63,096 nucleotides of DNA, filler included, from Octopus bimaculoides (GCF_001194135.2; 4 parts of 3 records of this genome joined end to end with filler, not necessarily neighbours in it), one strand, 5' to 3'; shown: positions 24,219 through 36,903, counted from the whole stretch's first letter. A program made the numbers and translations. The notes: generated from the letters alone by a model not told the origin.

Positions 24219-24220
<2 letters not shown>
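22886..24220 (+). mobile_element. Non-coding Penelope-derived element bounded by direct hammerhead-bearing terminal repeats
   Basis: GAAACAGCTGTAAGAC..CACAGCCTTGG..TCTCATT at both 22908-22977 and 24146-24215; weak GIY-YIG C-terminal traces at ~23810-23945. Confidence 0.55.
24115..24162 (+). ncRNA. Type I minimal hammerhead ribozyme, core damaged
   Basis: GTCT-CTGATGG(A9 lost)..TTCCCA-GAAACAGCTGTA-AGAC; palindromic helix III ACAGCTGT, GUA cleavage triplet. Confidence 0.6.
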
Positions 24221-24268
<48 letters not shown>

Positions 24269-24909
24269 TAGTTGGGAGAGAAAGCAGTACCCATAAAAAT
24301 TTACAGGACCTCTGAGAATAGTGGGAAGAAGGAATGGAGGAGGGAGAAGGTATCTTCAAACCAAGAAACCTGGTCCTCAAATGCTTGCAAACTGTGGACT
24401 CCCCAAGAAACACCCAAAGTGCCAGAAAGACATCTGATTGTAGAAATCATGCCAAAATGTTGTTTGTACAAATAAGATATGGTCCTACAAATGTGTTATG
24501 GAATATATATATTATTTTCACTTCCTTTTATCCATGCTAGCATGAGTTAGATCTATATGTGCTACCGAAGCATTGTTTTTACAGATAGATGCCTTTCCTG
24601 CTGCTTTTCAAGTAAGAGATGTATGTATTTGTATTAATAACAAACGAAAAGTACTCATCACCATAAAGTAATTTAATTTAATTTGATTGGTTCATATAAC
24701 TACTGAGAGTTTCTCTTTGCAAAAACAAAACTAAGTGAAGAAGTGCATGTCTTTCAGGCAAGGAAATTTCCAGTGTATGTTTCAAGTAATCAAAGACACA
24801 CACACACATTTGCATACATACATACATACATACATACAGATATATGCATACATTTGCATACATACATACAGATATGCATATATTTATATAAGTTACCCCT
24901 TTCATGTAC

Positions 24910-24981
24910 CATAATTGATCCATATGGCTGGTGCCAAACTCTTGTTTTCTTAGCATCAATTAGATCATTGGCAAACTTTCT
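24910..24981 (-). CDS. Candidate 72-nt phase 0-0 exon (RKFANDLIDAKKTRVWHQPYGSIM)
   Basis: GTCTTTAACCAG| acceptor, ATG|GTACAT donor, protein-like frame; no homology recognised. Confidence 0.25.
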
Positions 24982-25240
24982 CTGGTTAAAGACATGTGTC
25001 TACCACAAATAATTTACACAGAAAAGCCTGCTGCCTCCCCCTTTCTGCATTGATACATAAAGAAAGTGGTATAATAAGAAATAATACAAAAAAAAAAAAC
25101 TTCTCTTCCCACAGCTTATCAGATATATGGAGCAAAAATTCCAATAGTATATTTGAACTAGCAGCTTATAAACTGTCTAGCTTTGTATCCACTCATGTCA
25201 TTCTCTTTCTAAATACACAACCGATTCTTCCGAAACACCC

Positions 25241-26112
25241 TTAACCTTCTTGAAACCAACCTGTCTGATACCACCTCTGGTTCTATGTTCAAACTTCCAG
25301 TTTTTTAAAGGGATTTTAATTAAAAATTTCCATCAGAATTGCATGTTAATTTGTTTCAAACACCAGCTTGATAAATACAAAATTATTCTAAATAATTCAT
25401 TATTTTCAAAATCAATTGAAACAGGCACAGTATTAGAGCAGAAATATAGTAACAAAAGGGTTAAGAGCCAAATTAAATTCTTCCATCCAACCTTCTTGTG
25501 AATTTATATTCCAAACACCAGCTCAATAAATGACAAAGTTAGTTCTATAAATTCTTCAGTATTCAGAAAATTAATTGAAATAAAGGCGTATTTCAATAGA
25601 AATATGATAAAAGGATTAATATCCATATTTTTTTACATCATTCCTCTGTCTTTTGCAAACAAGACATTTCTACTACAGAGCCAGAAGTGGTTTCAGGCAG
25701 GTTGGCACCAAACAGGTTAATGTGAAATTTTGATGGAAGAAGATTTTAATTTAGATCACTTTAACCCTTTTGTTACTGTATTTCTGTTGAAATATACTAC
25801 GTTGGTTTCAATTATTTTGAAAATAAGGAAACGGTTGGTAAAATAACTTTATTATTAATAAGCTGATGTTTGGAATATAAATTAACATGAAATTTTGATG
25901 GAAGGTTTTGACTTAGATCACATTAACCCTTTTGTTACCATATCTCTTTTAAAATCCACTACCTTTGCTTCAATTAATGTTGAAAATAACGAAGAATTTA
26001 GAAAAATAAATTTTGATAGGTTTTAATTTAGATCGCTTTAAAACAAGGCAGTTTGTATCATAGAACTAAGGTGACTCCAAGCAGGATGCTAATCCCCAAG
26101 AAAAAGGGTTAA
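25241..26112. mobile_element. Cluster of TTAA-CCC..GGG-TTAA MITEs (piggyBac-like), partly nested
   Basis: TTAACC(C)TT..AAGGGTTAA termini at 25241, 25461, 25761, 25923, 26109; related pieces at ~32030 and ~39800-40190. Confidence 0.75.
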
Positions 26113-26421
26113 AACTAACAAGTTGAATTAAAGCATGAAGGTTCCCTCAGCTTATTGAGATGGAATGGTGTTGAAGACAGGATTGTTGTTTAACCCAAGG
26201 CCAGACCTTTGATCAAACTGATATCATCATCATCATCACCACTATTGTTTAATGTCCATGTTCCATGGGTTGGATGGTTTGACAAGATCCAGTGAATCCA
26301 AGGACTGCATTGAGATCTAATGTCTATTTTTTGCCTGCTTTCTACAAATAAAATGCAATTTAAAGACTACATTATTTCTTTTCCTTCATCGTTCTTGCTT
26401 CTTGAAATAGTAGATTGCGAT

Positions 26422-26817
26422 TTAACCCCTTAGCATTTAAACTGGTTGTTCCTGGCCAAAATATTCTATGATTTATGTTCAGAATGGCCAGATCCTGCCT
26501 CTCACTCCTACTTTACAATGTCCTTCTAAAAATAAAAAAAAATTACATCACTGAAATCTTTAAGCTATGAGATAACCCTTTCTATTATAGGCACAAGGCC
26601 TGAAACTGGGGCAAGAGGGATAGTCGATTACATCGACCCCAGTACTCAACTGGTACTTAATTTGTCAACCCCAAAAGGAGGAAAGGTATCCAGCATGCTA
26701 ACAATTCTGCCAGCTTGCTGCCTTTTTAAGCTACAAGATAATGCATGATTAATCCCAAAATGATGTAAAGGAATAAGGATTACATTTGACAGAGAAATCT
26801 GAATGCTAAAGAGTTAA
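26422..26817. mobile_element. Second piggyBac-like MITE carrying a family B SINE (26576-26725)
   Basis: TTAA|CCCCTTAGCATT..AATGCTAAAGAG|TTAA; SINE flanked by 16-bp TSD TTAAGCTA(TG/CA)AGATAA. Confidence 0.8.
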
Positions 26818-26904
26818 AAGAGTTTTAACTGCTTCTTCTAGCATGCCAGACAGCTACATAGTGGCTCCTTCTGTCAGCTTATTAACAGAGATTTGGTTGA
26901 TATT

Positions 26905-27253
26905 CTCAGAGTTAAAACACCCTTTGGTCACGAATAACCATATGACCACAGGGTTGCATCTAAAAAGTTCCCCTCCAAGGCACAAGTCTGGGCAAGGTTT
27001 TTTATGGAAGACCAGCAGTCACCCATGCATACCACCCTCCCCTCTCCACACCACTGATGTTATCCAAGGGAAAGGCAAAGACTGATACAGCTTGGCACTA
27101 GTAATATCGCAGCTCATTTCTACAGCTGAGTGAACTGGAACAACATGAAATAAAGTGTCTTGCTCAAGAACACAACACAAAGCCTAGTCTGGAAATCAAA
27201 CTCACAACCTCATGATTGTGAGCCCAATGCTCTAACCACTGGGCCATGTGCCT
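26905..27253 (-). mobile_element. SINE family C
   Basis: Colinear with 11566-11884. Confidence 0.85.
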
Positions 27254-27364
27254 TTGAGAAGATTAAACAGTTCCCTCCTTGGCTCATTAACCAAGATTTT
27301 GCTGTTTCTAGCAAGTAGAGTGATGATGGAGCTATACCACTTGTGATTTTGTTGATCAGGTTAC

Positions 27365-27412
27365 TTAGGAAGCTGCAGTATATAGCATGGCAGGTGGCAC
27401 TGTATTCAATAT
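27365..27412 (-). CDS. Candidate 48-nt phase 1-1 exon (xIEYSATCHAIYCSFL)
   Basis: Very long pyrimidine tract then TTTGCAG|; donor |GTAACC is weak. Confidence 0.2.
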   Translation of the reverse strand: MLNTVPPAMLYTAAS

Positions 27413-27786
27413 CTGCAAATGTAGAAAAAAAAAAACAAAAAAAAAAACAAAGGAAGAAAGAAATGAACTATGGTGAACTTTTGCTTAAGCTTCAAGTTAA
27501 TCAAATTAACAAGAGATTAGAAATAATGAAGGTGAAATGAGTGCAAGTCATATTGTATGCAATTCATATATGAGAAAGAAAACTATATTTATGTGTGTGT
27601 GTGTATCTCAGATAAACATTCATATATGTCTTGTGTTTATATATNNNNNNNNNNNNNNNNNNNNNNNNNNNNNNNNNNNNNNNNNNNNNNNNNNNNNNNN
27701 NNNNNATATATATATATATATATAATGTTGCCTGTATTTAATATCATCTGGGTAATAATATATGCTGTGTGTGTATATATATATAT

Positions 27787-28180
27787 AGGTGCAGGAGTAG
27801 CTGTGTGATAAGAAGCTTGCTTCCCAACCACATGGTAACAGGTTCTGTCCCACCGTGTGGCAGCTTGAGAAGGTGTCTCCTACTATAACCTCCGGCTGAC
27901 CAAAGCCTTGTGAGTGGATTTGGTAGAAGGAAACTGAAAAGAAGCCCATCGTATATATGTATATATATATATATGTGTATGTATTTGTGTGTTTGTCCCT
28001 TCACCACCATTACTTGACAACCTATGTTGGTGTGTTTATGTTCTTCTAACTTAGTGGTTCAGCAAAAGTGACTGATAGAATAAGTACTATGCTTATAAAA
28101 AATAAGTCCTAGTGTTGATTTTTTCAACTAAAAGTGGTGCTACAGCATGGCCACAGCCAAATGACTGAAACAAGTAAATG
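27787..28180 (+). mobile_element. SINE family A
   Basis: Full head and tail. Confidence 0.9.
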
Positions 28181-28369
28181 AAGTGTATATATATATATAT
28201 ATAATGTGTGTGTGGTACTTGAGAAGAAAACTTATCAAGCCAAGTAAAATCGCAGTCGTAGCAGATACCGGTGTCATATGAATGGCAGCCAATTCTTGCT
28301 CAAATTTTAACAAAATGTGTAAAAACCAAGTTAGGATAGGGCATGCCAGTAATAATGACAATGTACTAT

Positions 28370-28779
28370 TTGGAATGGTCACCACATTCACCTGACTTGA
28401 CACCTTGTGATTTTTTACAATGGGGCAATGTGAAAGGATTGTTCTATATCCCCCAACTTCCCAGAAGCCTAGAGGAACTCAAGCAGAGAATCACTGAGGT
28501 GCTGGAGAATGTTACGCAAGACATGCTACAGCAAGTTTGGCAGAGGCTGGACTAGTGACATGATGTGTGTCACATCACAGACAGTAGCCATATTTAGCGT
28601 TTGTGAAACTTCATGAAATCGGTTATAAAATCTACGTCCTTCTGAATCTCTTGTTCGAATTTTGAGAAATAAGTCTTTTATTGTTCAACATGAAGCTTAT
28701 TTAATTTTGTTTGCCTCAGACATAAGTAACTCAGATATTCACATTTTAAATGAGGCCAACTTTTTGGTGGGTGGAGGAC

Positions 28780-28787
<8 letters not shown>
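28370..28787 (+). mobile_element. Tc1/mariner (maT/DD37D-like) 3' end with TIR
   Basis: WSPHSPDLTPCDFLQWGNVK..Y..LEELKQRI..DMLQQVW; ends GGACACCCTATA in (TA)n. Confidence 0.85.
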
Positions 28788-28819
<32 letters not shown>

Positions 28820-28968
28820 NNNNNNNNNNNNNNNNNNNNNNNNNNNNNNNNNNNNNNNNNNNNNNNNNNNNNNNNNNNNNNNNNNNNNNNNNNNNNNNNN
28901 NNNNNNNNNNNNNNNNNNNNNNNNNNNNNNNNNNNNNNNNNNNNNNNNNNNNNNNNNNNNNNNNNNNN

Positions 28969-29015
<47 letters not shown>

Positions 29016-29577
29016 TTTATGGTTATATATAAGTTATCCACTTCACTGTGTATAGTAAATTATTTCCTCTTATAGTGGTTATGCAACACTGGAGTTTACA
29101 AATGGCATTATAAATGCTCTTTAATGGTAATTCAGACACAAGAAACCATGTATTAACACATGGTGCTACATGGTGACTTATAATAGATGGACTTTTATGG
29201 CATGTAGAAAAATGGTTGGTTTGGGAGGGAAGATATGTGGGGATACCTACTGTATAAAAACTCAATAGCCAAGTAGATGCTAGCATACTGTGTATGTTAT
29301 CCAAAATATTTATTTATATATGTAATTCAGTATTGTAATACAGCTGGCTTTACAAATGAGTAGATTAATTTGCATATTTGGTGCAAGTTAGTCAACTATT
29401 AAAATTTCTCTTTATATATGTGAAAATTAATACTGCAATATCCCAAGAAATTCAATTTGATTGAAATTCATTTGATATGTAATGCAGTGGGAAATACAGC
29501 TGGCTTTACTAATGAGTAAGCTAATTTGCATATCTGGTGCAACGCTGCTCAAATTTCTTTTATCTTTTATTTTTTTC

Positions 29578-29774
29578 ATCTTTTACTTGTTTGAATCATT
29601 AGATTATGGCCATGCTGGGGCACCGCCTTGAAGAATTTTTAGTTGAATGAATCGACCTCAGTACTTGTATTGTTTTTAAGCCTGATATTTATTTTACTGG
29701 TCTCTATTGCCAAACCACTAATGTAATAGGGATGTAAACACACCAACACTGGTTGTCAAGCAATGGTGGGGGAC

Positions 29775-29811
<37 letters not shown>

Positions 29812-29966
29812 GATGGGCTTCTTTCAGTTTCTGTCTACCAAATCTACTCACAAGCATTTGGCTGGCCCGAGGCTATAGTAGAAGACATTTGTCCAAGATT
29901 CCATGCAGTGTGACTGAACCCAGAATCATGTAGTTGGGATGCAAACCTTTTACCACACAGCCATGC

Positions 29967-29969
<3 letters not shown>
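29578..29969 (-). mobile_element. SINE family A
   Basis: Reverse complement of head and tail. Confidence 0.88.
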
Positions 29970-30016
<47 letters not shown>

Positions 30017-30245
30017 ACAGGCTTCTTTCAGTTTCTGTTTACCTAATCCATTCACAAGGTTTTGGGTGGCTCAAGGTTATAGTAGAAAGCACTTACCCCA
30101 GGTACCATGCAGTGGTACATGATTGGAATACAATATCTTAACCACACTGCTACATCTGACTCATACGATCGATATTGGGAGAGGTGGAGGGTAAGGTCCT
30201 CTTTTTGTACAAGTTTCCATTCATTTCTCTTTAGAATATATATAT

Positions 30246-30836
30246 CATCATCATCATCATTGTTTAACGTCTGTTTTCCATGCTAGCATGGGTTGGACGG
30301 TTCGACCGGGGTTTGGGAAGCCAGGAGGTTGCACCAGACTCCAGTCTGATCTGGCAGAGTTTCTACAGCTGGATGCCTTTCCTAACGCCAACCACTCTGT
30401 GAGTGTAATGGGTGCCTTTTGCATGCCACTAGCACAGGGGCCAGAGTAGGCTAGCAATGGCCATGATTGGTTGGTGCTATTTACGTGCCACTGGCACAGA
30501 AGCCAGTCAAGGCGGCGCTAGCACTGGCCACATTTGATCTAAAGTACTTTTGAATGGGCTGAGGCTAGTTATGTGTAACTGGTGTAGGATACAGCCATGA
30601 ACTCACTTTATTTGCTGGGTCTTCGCAGTTACGGCATATCTCCAGAGGTTTCGGTCTTTTGTCATTACCTCTGTGAGGCCCAATGTTCGAAGGTCATGCT
30701 TGACCACCTCATCCCATGTCTTCCTGGGTCTCCCTCTACCCCAGATTCCTTCAAATGTTTAGGAGTGGCACTTCTTCACACAGCTCTCCTCCTCCATCCG
30801 TAGTACATGACCATACCAGCGCAAACACATCTCTTG

Positions 30837-30842
<6 letters not shown>
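30246..30842 (-). mobile_element. RTE LINE 3' end with ORF C-terminus and full 3'UTR
   Basis: LRWYGHVLRM..GRGRPRKTWDEVVKHDL..DRNLWR (30839-30603, one internal stop) followed by the abundant GGAAAGGCATCCAGCTGTAGAAA..(GAT)n tail. Confidence 0.92.
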
Positions 30843-30884
<42 letters not shown>

Positions 30885-31885
30885 CGTTGTCATCATCATT
30901 TAATGTCCGTTGTCCATGCTGGCATGGATTGGACAGTTTGACTTGAGCTGGCAAGCTGGGGAACTGCACCAGATCCCAGTTTGATTTGGCATGGACACCC
31001 TTTCCAAATGCCAACCACTTTACAGACTATGCTTGGTGCTTTAACATGATGCCACATGGGCGCTTATATGTGGTACAGCCACAAGTGCTTTCTATGTGGC
31101 ACTTTGCAGGGCAATCCTCACCACCTGGTCTTAACTATGTAGTACTGTTATTGGTGATTATTTTACAGCACCAAACCTAATTAATTATTCCTTGAGTTCT
31201 ATAATTGTAGATTGTGTGTGTGTGTGTGTGTAATTATGGAAATCAAGGAATAATTAATTGGGTTTCATGCCATAAAATATTCACCAATAACAGTATTACA
31301 TAGTATAATAGAAAAACAATAATCCCATCTGATCAATATAGAAGATTGAATCCTAATTCCAGTGTTTAAGACAACAATTGATAGTGTTGATACATCATTC
31401 ACTTCTTGTCTTCCTCCTCTCATCCCCACCGTTTTAAAAGCTATAGTTTTAATACAAAAATCTGCATTTGTACAATTAAAAAGCCAATAAAATGCCAACA
31501 AAAAAAATGTCACTAACCATAAAATAACTAAATATAAAAAAACAAAAGAAAATTGTGTCAGATATTATCATGACATCCAATAATAAAAATAATGGAAAAG
31601 AATTTTTCTAGGTTCATAGTTTCTTTCTGGATGTATTAAAATCAGCAGACTCTTTACATTAAATTGCAAACATACAGACTGAATATCTAATAAGCAGCAG
31701 CTGACTTTAGATAAAATGTGTCTTTTTCTTGAAGCTCTCGTTCGTTGAGATTGAGTCACGCAACTCTAAGATTACATCAATAAAATGGATAAGTTTCAAC
31801 ATTTATCCTCTCAGACGCTGGATAAATTGCACGTATAATGCCTTCATAATCGCACAAAAAAATATATACACATACACACACTTAC

Positions 31886-31956
31886 TTATTGTTAATTTGT
31901 GAAGCCTTAAACTATGGAAGTACTGACAGAGAGAATGGATATGTTGAAGAATTTTG
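31886..31956 (-). CDS. Candidate small exon (37 or 71 nt depending on acceptor)
   Basis: |GTAAGT donor; the 71-nt form is phase 2-1 and would link 32889-32988 to 27365-27412, but its acceptor is weak. Confidence 0.15.
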
Positions 31957-32888
31957 CTACACATGTGAAGACCAAATCTTTGTTGATATTACAGTATTGA
32001 TAATAATGCTTTTTTACATTGATTTTTTTAAAACCCTTTTGGGACCATATTTCTGCTGAAATACACTGCTTTTGTTTCAGTTAATTTCAAAAATAATGAA
32101 GAATTTCATAAAATAACTTATTAAACTTCTGTGTGGAACATAGATTAACCGATTAGCATTCAGCTTATTCTGTCAAATGTGACGCTTATTTAATTACATT
32201 GTTCTTAATTAATCACACATTATCTTGTACCTATGTGATTTTAATGAGGTAACTGTTAATTCTTAGAATGACATTTTTAGGGTAGGTATGAGCACTAGCA
32301 TAGCTAGAGTTAGTGCCACCCTTCCGTTTGCCACACCCGGACCCCACAAAAAACACATTGCCTACATCAATAGCCTACAACAGGATGAAAAGTGCTGCCA
32401 GGGTGGACCACCCCTACCCCACCAGCTACATCAGTGGGTGTGAGACCCCCACATCTGTCATGATGTATGCTGCAAAATGCAGTAGGATGGTTTGGAACTG
32501 GGTGTGTGTGTTTCTGTTTTTTTTTAAAACAATTTAAGCACCATGATGAAGAAAGAAGAATCACATGGATGACAAAATCTATTTTGTTTTCTCCTTAATA
32601 AAATGGGAATGGGAGGGGAAGAAACATTTTCACAGTTAATTTCAGTGGGGAGTGGTTTAAGAATTCTTCTTGCAACATCTAACTATTGCTGCTTACCATT
32701 TTCTCAGACATAAACACAAACACACTCTCATACTAACCAGTTTTTCAATCTTGTTCTCCACAGAACATCAATACCCCATCCATCCCACTGGAACTTGAAA
32801 TTCCATCCTCCACCCAGATTTGTGTCTCCCTTCTTTTTTTTTTCTGTTTTTTTTTCTTTTTTCTTTTTCTTTGCATCCACTGACTTAC

Positions 32889-32988
32889 AGATGTTTCAAG
32901 TGAATATCAGTCCTATCAATGTCACCAATCTCATAAGCCACCTGTGTGAAGTGCATGGCCATGGCCACTCCTTCCTTCATGACTAACC
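32889..32988 (-). CDS. Best candidate host exon, 100 nt, phase 1-2: xLVMKEGVAMAMHFTQVAYEIGDIDRTDIHLKH
   Basis: TTTATTTATTTCAG| acceptor, |GTAAGT donor, single open frame, raised GC, 13 of 32 codons start with G; product not recognised. Confidence 0.5.
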
Positions 32989-33099
32989 CTGAAATAAATA
33001 AAGTGCTTGCCAGTAGTCTGTCACTTAAAATACAGGCAGAAGTGTTTCTGCTCTAATTATCATATATTGAATATACACACTCATGTGTGAGTATATATT

Positions 33100-33136
<37 letters not shown>

Positions 33137-33183
33137 GTATGGGTGTATACATATATATAATATATATATATACATATATATAT

Positions 33184-33415
33184 AGGAGTGGCTGCGTGGT
33201 AAGTAGCTTGCTTACCAGCCACATGGTTCCGGGTTCATTCCCACTGCATGGCACCTTGAGCAAGTGTCTTCTACTATAGCCTCAGGCCGACNNNNNNNNN
33301 NTCCCACTGCATGGCACCTTGAGCAAGTGTCTTCTACTATAGCCTCAGGCCGACCAAAGCCTTGTGAGTGGATTTGGTAAACAGAAACTGAAAGAAGCCC
33401 ATCGTGTGTGTGTAT
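33184..33415 (+). mobile_element. SINE family A 5' part with gap-flanking duplication
   Basis: 33241-33291 repeated at 33302-33352 across a 10-N gap (assembly overlap). Confidence 0.85.
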
Positions 33416-33591
33416 ATCATGTTGGCAAAATAACATAGTCTGCCATGGACACCTGTGCTTTGGTTCTTTCTTTCTTTTTCTTTTCTTCCCTTTTTTGTCA
33501 CTTTTGCTATGAATTAAATTAATGAATTCAATGGGATACACCGTCTGCAAGTAGTTGGGTTCAGCATATTATCCTCCATTTTCTAATTGTT

Positions 33592-33622
<31 letters not shown>

Positions 33623-34172
33623 NNNNNNNNNNNNNNNNNNNNNNNNNNNNNNNNNNNNNNNNNNNNNNNNNNNNNNNNNNNNNNNNNNNNNNNNNNNNNN
33701 NNNNNNNNNNNNNNNNNNNNNNNNNNNNNNNNNNNNNNNNNNNNNNNNNNNNNNNNNNNNNNNNNNNNNNNNNNNNNNNNNNNNNNNNNNNNNNNNNNNN
33801 NNNNNNNNNNNNNNNNNNNNNNNNNNNNNNNNNNNNNNNNNNNNNNNNNNNNNNNNNNNNNNNNNNNNNNNNNNNNNNNNNNNNNNNNNNNNNNNNNNNN
33901 NNNNNNNNNNNNNNNNNNNNNNNNNNNNNNNNNNNNNNNNNNNNNNNNNNNNNNNNNNNNNNNNNNNNNNNNNNNNNNNNNNNNNNNNNNNNNNNNNNNN
34001 NNNNNNNNNNNNNNNNNNNNNNNNNNNNNNNNNNNNNNNNNNNNNNNNNNNNNNNNNNNNNNNNNNNNNNNNNNNNNNNNNNNNNNNNNNNNNNNNNNNN
34101 NNNNNNNNNNNNNNNNNNNNNNNNNNNNNNNNNNNNNNNNNNNNNNNNNNNNNNNNNNNNNNNNNNNNNNNN

Positions 34173-34216
<44 letters not shown>

Positions 34217-34589
34217 TGTATATGTAGAAAAAGAAAAGAAAAATATAGAAAGCTTCTAACAATGTAGAAAGTATTGCAAAAAAGGCCCATCCTCAGAAGG
34301 AATTAGTCCAAGAAATGTGTGTGTCTAATATATGTAAGTATGTATGTATGTATCTATCTATCTATCTATAAAGGTACAAAAGTGAATATTACCAATTATA
34401 TATTAGAAAAAATAAGGCACTCAGAGACCTGGGTGGTTGTACATTTACAGATTTTTATTAATATGTCACACGTTTTTATAAATCATATATTAGCACTTGC
34501 ATCGATTCTAGTATATGTTACATCGTTTGTTTATACATTTTTTCATTTATCAAGTAATGGAATGCAACACACACCGAATTTGTATTATA

Positions 34590-35040
34590 TATATCATCAT
34601 CATCATCATCATTGTTTAACATCCGTTTTCCATGCTGGCATAGGTTGGATGGTTTGACTGGGGACTGGCAAGCCAGGAGGCCACACCAGGCTCCAATCCA
34701 TTCGGGTAATGTTTCTACAGCTGGATGCCCTTCCTAACGCCAACCACTCTGAGAGTGTAGTGGGTGCTTTTTACGTACCACCGGCACAGGAGCCAGTCAG
34801 GCGGCACTGGCATCGGCCACATTCAGATGGTGCTTTTTACATGCTACTGGCACAGGAGCCAGTCAGGGCGGAGAGACTGACATCGACTACGTTTGGATGG
34901 TGCCTTTTATGTTCCACTGGCATGGGGAACCAGTCAGGTGGCACTGATAACAACCCATGCATGAATGGTGCTTATTGTGTGCCACTAGCACAGGAGACAG
35001 TCAGGCGGCACTGGCATTGGCCACAACTACAATTTCCATT
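34590..35040 (-). mobile_element. RTE 3' end with four ~58-bp internal repeat units
   Basis: GGTGCTTTTTACG..CACTGGCACAGGAGCCAGTCAGG repeated. Confidence 0.8.
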
Positions 35041-35060
35041 TTTGATTGTGACATATATAT

Positions 35061-35134
<74 letters not shown>

Positions 35135-35179
35135 ACGTGTGCATGGCATGGGTTGGATAGTCTGACAGGAGCTTGCAAG

Positions 35180-35497
35180 GCCAGGAGTCTCCATTGAACC
35201 GATCTTAAATTCCTCTGTTATGAGCCTGGAGGATGATGATGGTGAATAGGAGAACCTGAAAAAACAAGCCTTGGTGAATACCTACCTGTATACTAAAACA
35301 TCACTGTACTCATGACTAATACTTACCTTACCTACGGCATCCATGTACATGGCCTGTTCTGCTTTCACAAGCCACTCGTCTATCCCTAGCTTCCTCAGTA
35401 ACCACCATAACACAGAGCATGGTATGCTGTTGAAGCCTTTCTCCAGATAAACAAATGTCAAGTACAACAGCTTATTCTTAGCTAAATACTTCTCTTG
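35180..35497 (-). mobile_element. RTE reverse transcriptase fragment
   Basis: QEKYLAKNK.LYL.FV.LEK.F..IP.SVLWW.LRKLGIDEWLV..VGIHQG..LLF.II. Confidence 0.9.
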
Positions 35498-35880
35498 AAG
35501 TGTTCAAAATATTGTGATTTATCCAGAATATAGTATAATGGGTGAGGTTTACAGTTCAAGATAGTTCCCCATCAGTATATCTAAAGTATTCTAACATAAC
35601 TGGGATATTATCCTGCTTAAGAACACACACACACACACACACAATCTATTACAAAGCAATACAAACATTTCCAAGCATATTTACTCATGATCCTTCCTTA
35701 AGAATATATGTATTTAAGAATGATGAAGTGAAAATGGTAAATTAGTTAAGCACTCTAAGAATACATTGTGATGGTGCCAAAGACAACAAAATAGCTAGGA
35801 TACATAAATTATTATCCAACAATAACAACAACTGCTTTCAAACATCAAAGGGTGTTTCCTTTTGTGTGTATGTATGTCTG

Positions 35881-35924
<44 letters not shown>

Positions 35925-35935
35925 NNNNNNNNNNA

Positions 35936-35970
<35 letters not shown>

Positions 35971-36526
35971 TTATATGTATATGTTTTATATATAAATATA
36001 CATATTAGATATATTGTTATTTATATATATATCATAAGTATATACACAGCTGGGATAGCCATTAAAGTGACTGTCTGTCTATTAGTTGAATGGCTGTACA
36101 TCTTCACCACTTAGTTCTGGTGTGTTCTGGGAAGAGTCACTCAACTTTTATCCGATCAGTACATAATACAGCTTTAAATAGATACAATAAGGATGAATAG
36201 TTCACTGCCACAATAAAGGTTGCTTGACCTGCTAGAAATAGCAGCCAGATATATTTCAATTTACACCATGCTATCTTGAAAGAAAGAAAGAAGACCTACA
36301 TGTATTCAGGATAATGATATTGTAGTCATGGATTCATATATTACACCTTGAACAGAATCTTGATGGTCATTGTTGGAATGTCTTTGAGAGTAGGTCTGTT
36401 GATCCATTTGTGTTTGAACCAGCCATATCCAGCTCAAATATTCCAGCTGTTTTATGTTCAAACTGGCAAGGTTCAGCCCTTTACACCTACTCAACAACAT
36501 GATTCTAAAATTAAATAAACACACAA

Positions 36527-36903
36527 GCGCAGGAGTGGCTGTGTGGTAAGTAGCTTTCTTACCAACCACATGGTTCCAGGTTCATTCCCACTGCATGGCA
36601 CCTTGGGCAAGTGTCTTCTACTATAGCCTCGGGCCAACCAAACCCTTATGAGTGGATTTGGTAGACAGAAACTGAAAGAAGCCTGTCGTATATATGTGTG
36701 TCTGTGTTTGTTCCCCCAACATCGTTTGACAACCGATGGTTGTGTGTTTACGTCCCAGTAACTTTGCAGTTCGGCAAAAGAGACCAATAGAATAAGTACT
36801 AGGCTTACAACGAATAAGTCCTGGGGTTGATTTACTCGACTAGAGGCAGTGCTCCAGCATGGCCACAGTCAAATGACTGAAACAAGTAAAGGAGTAAAAG
36901 AGT
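36527..36903 (+). mobile_element. SINE family A
   Basis: Full head and tail. Confidence 0.9.

Noticed and set aside
33241-33352. Tandem duplications across 10-N gaps (also 41490-41530)
   Set aside because: Unmerged contig overlaps.
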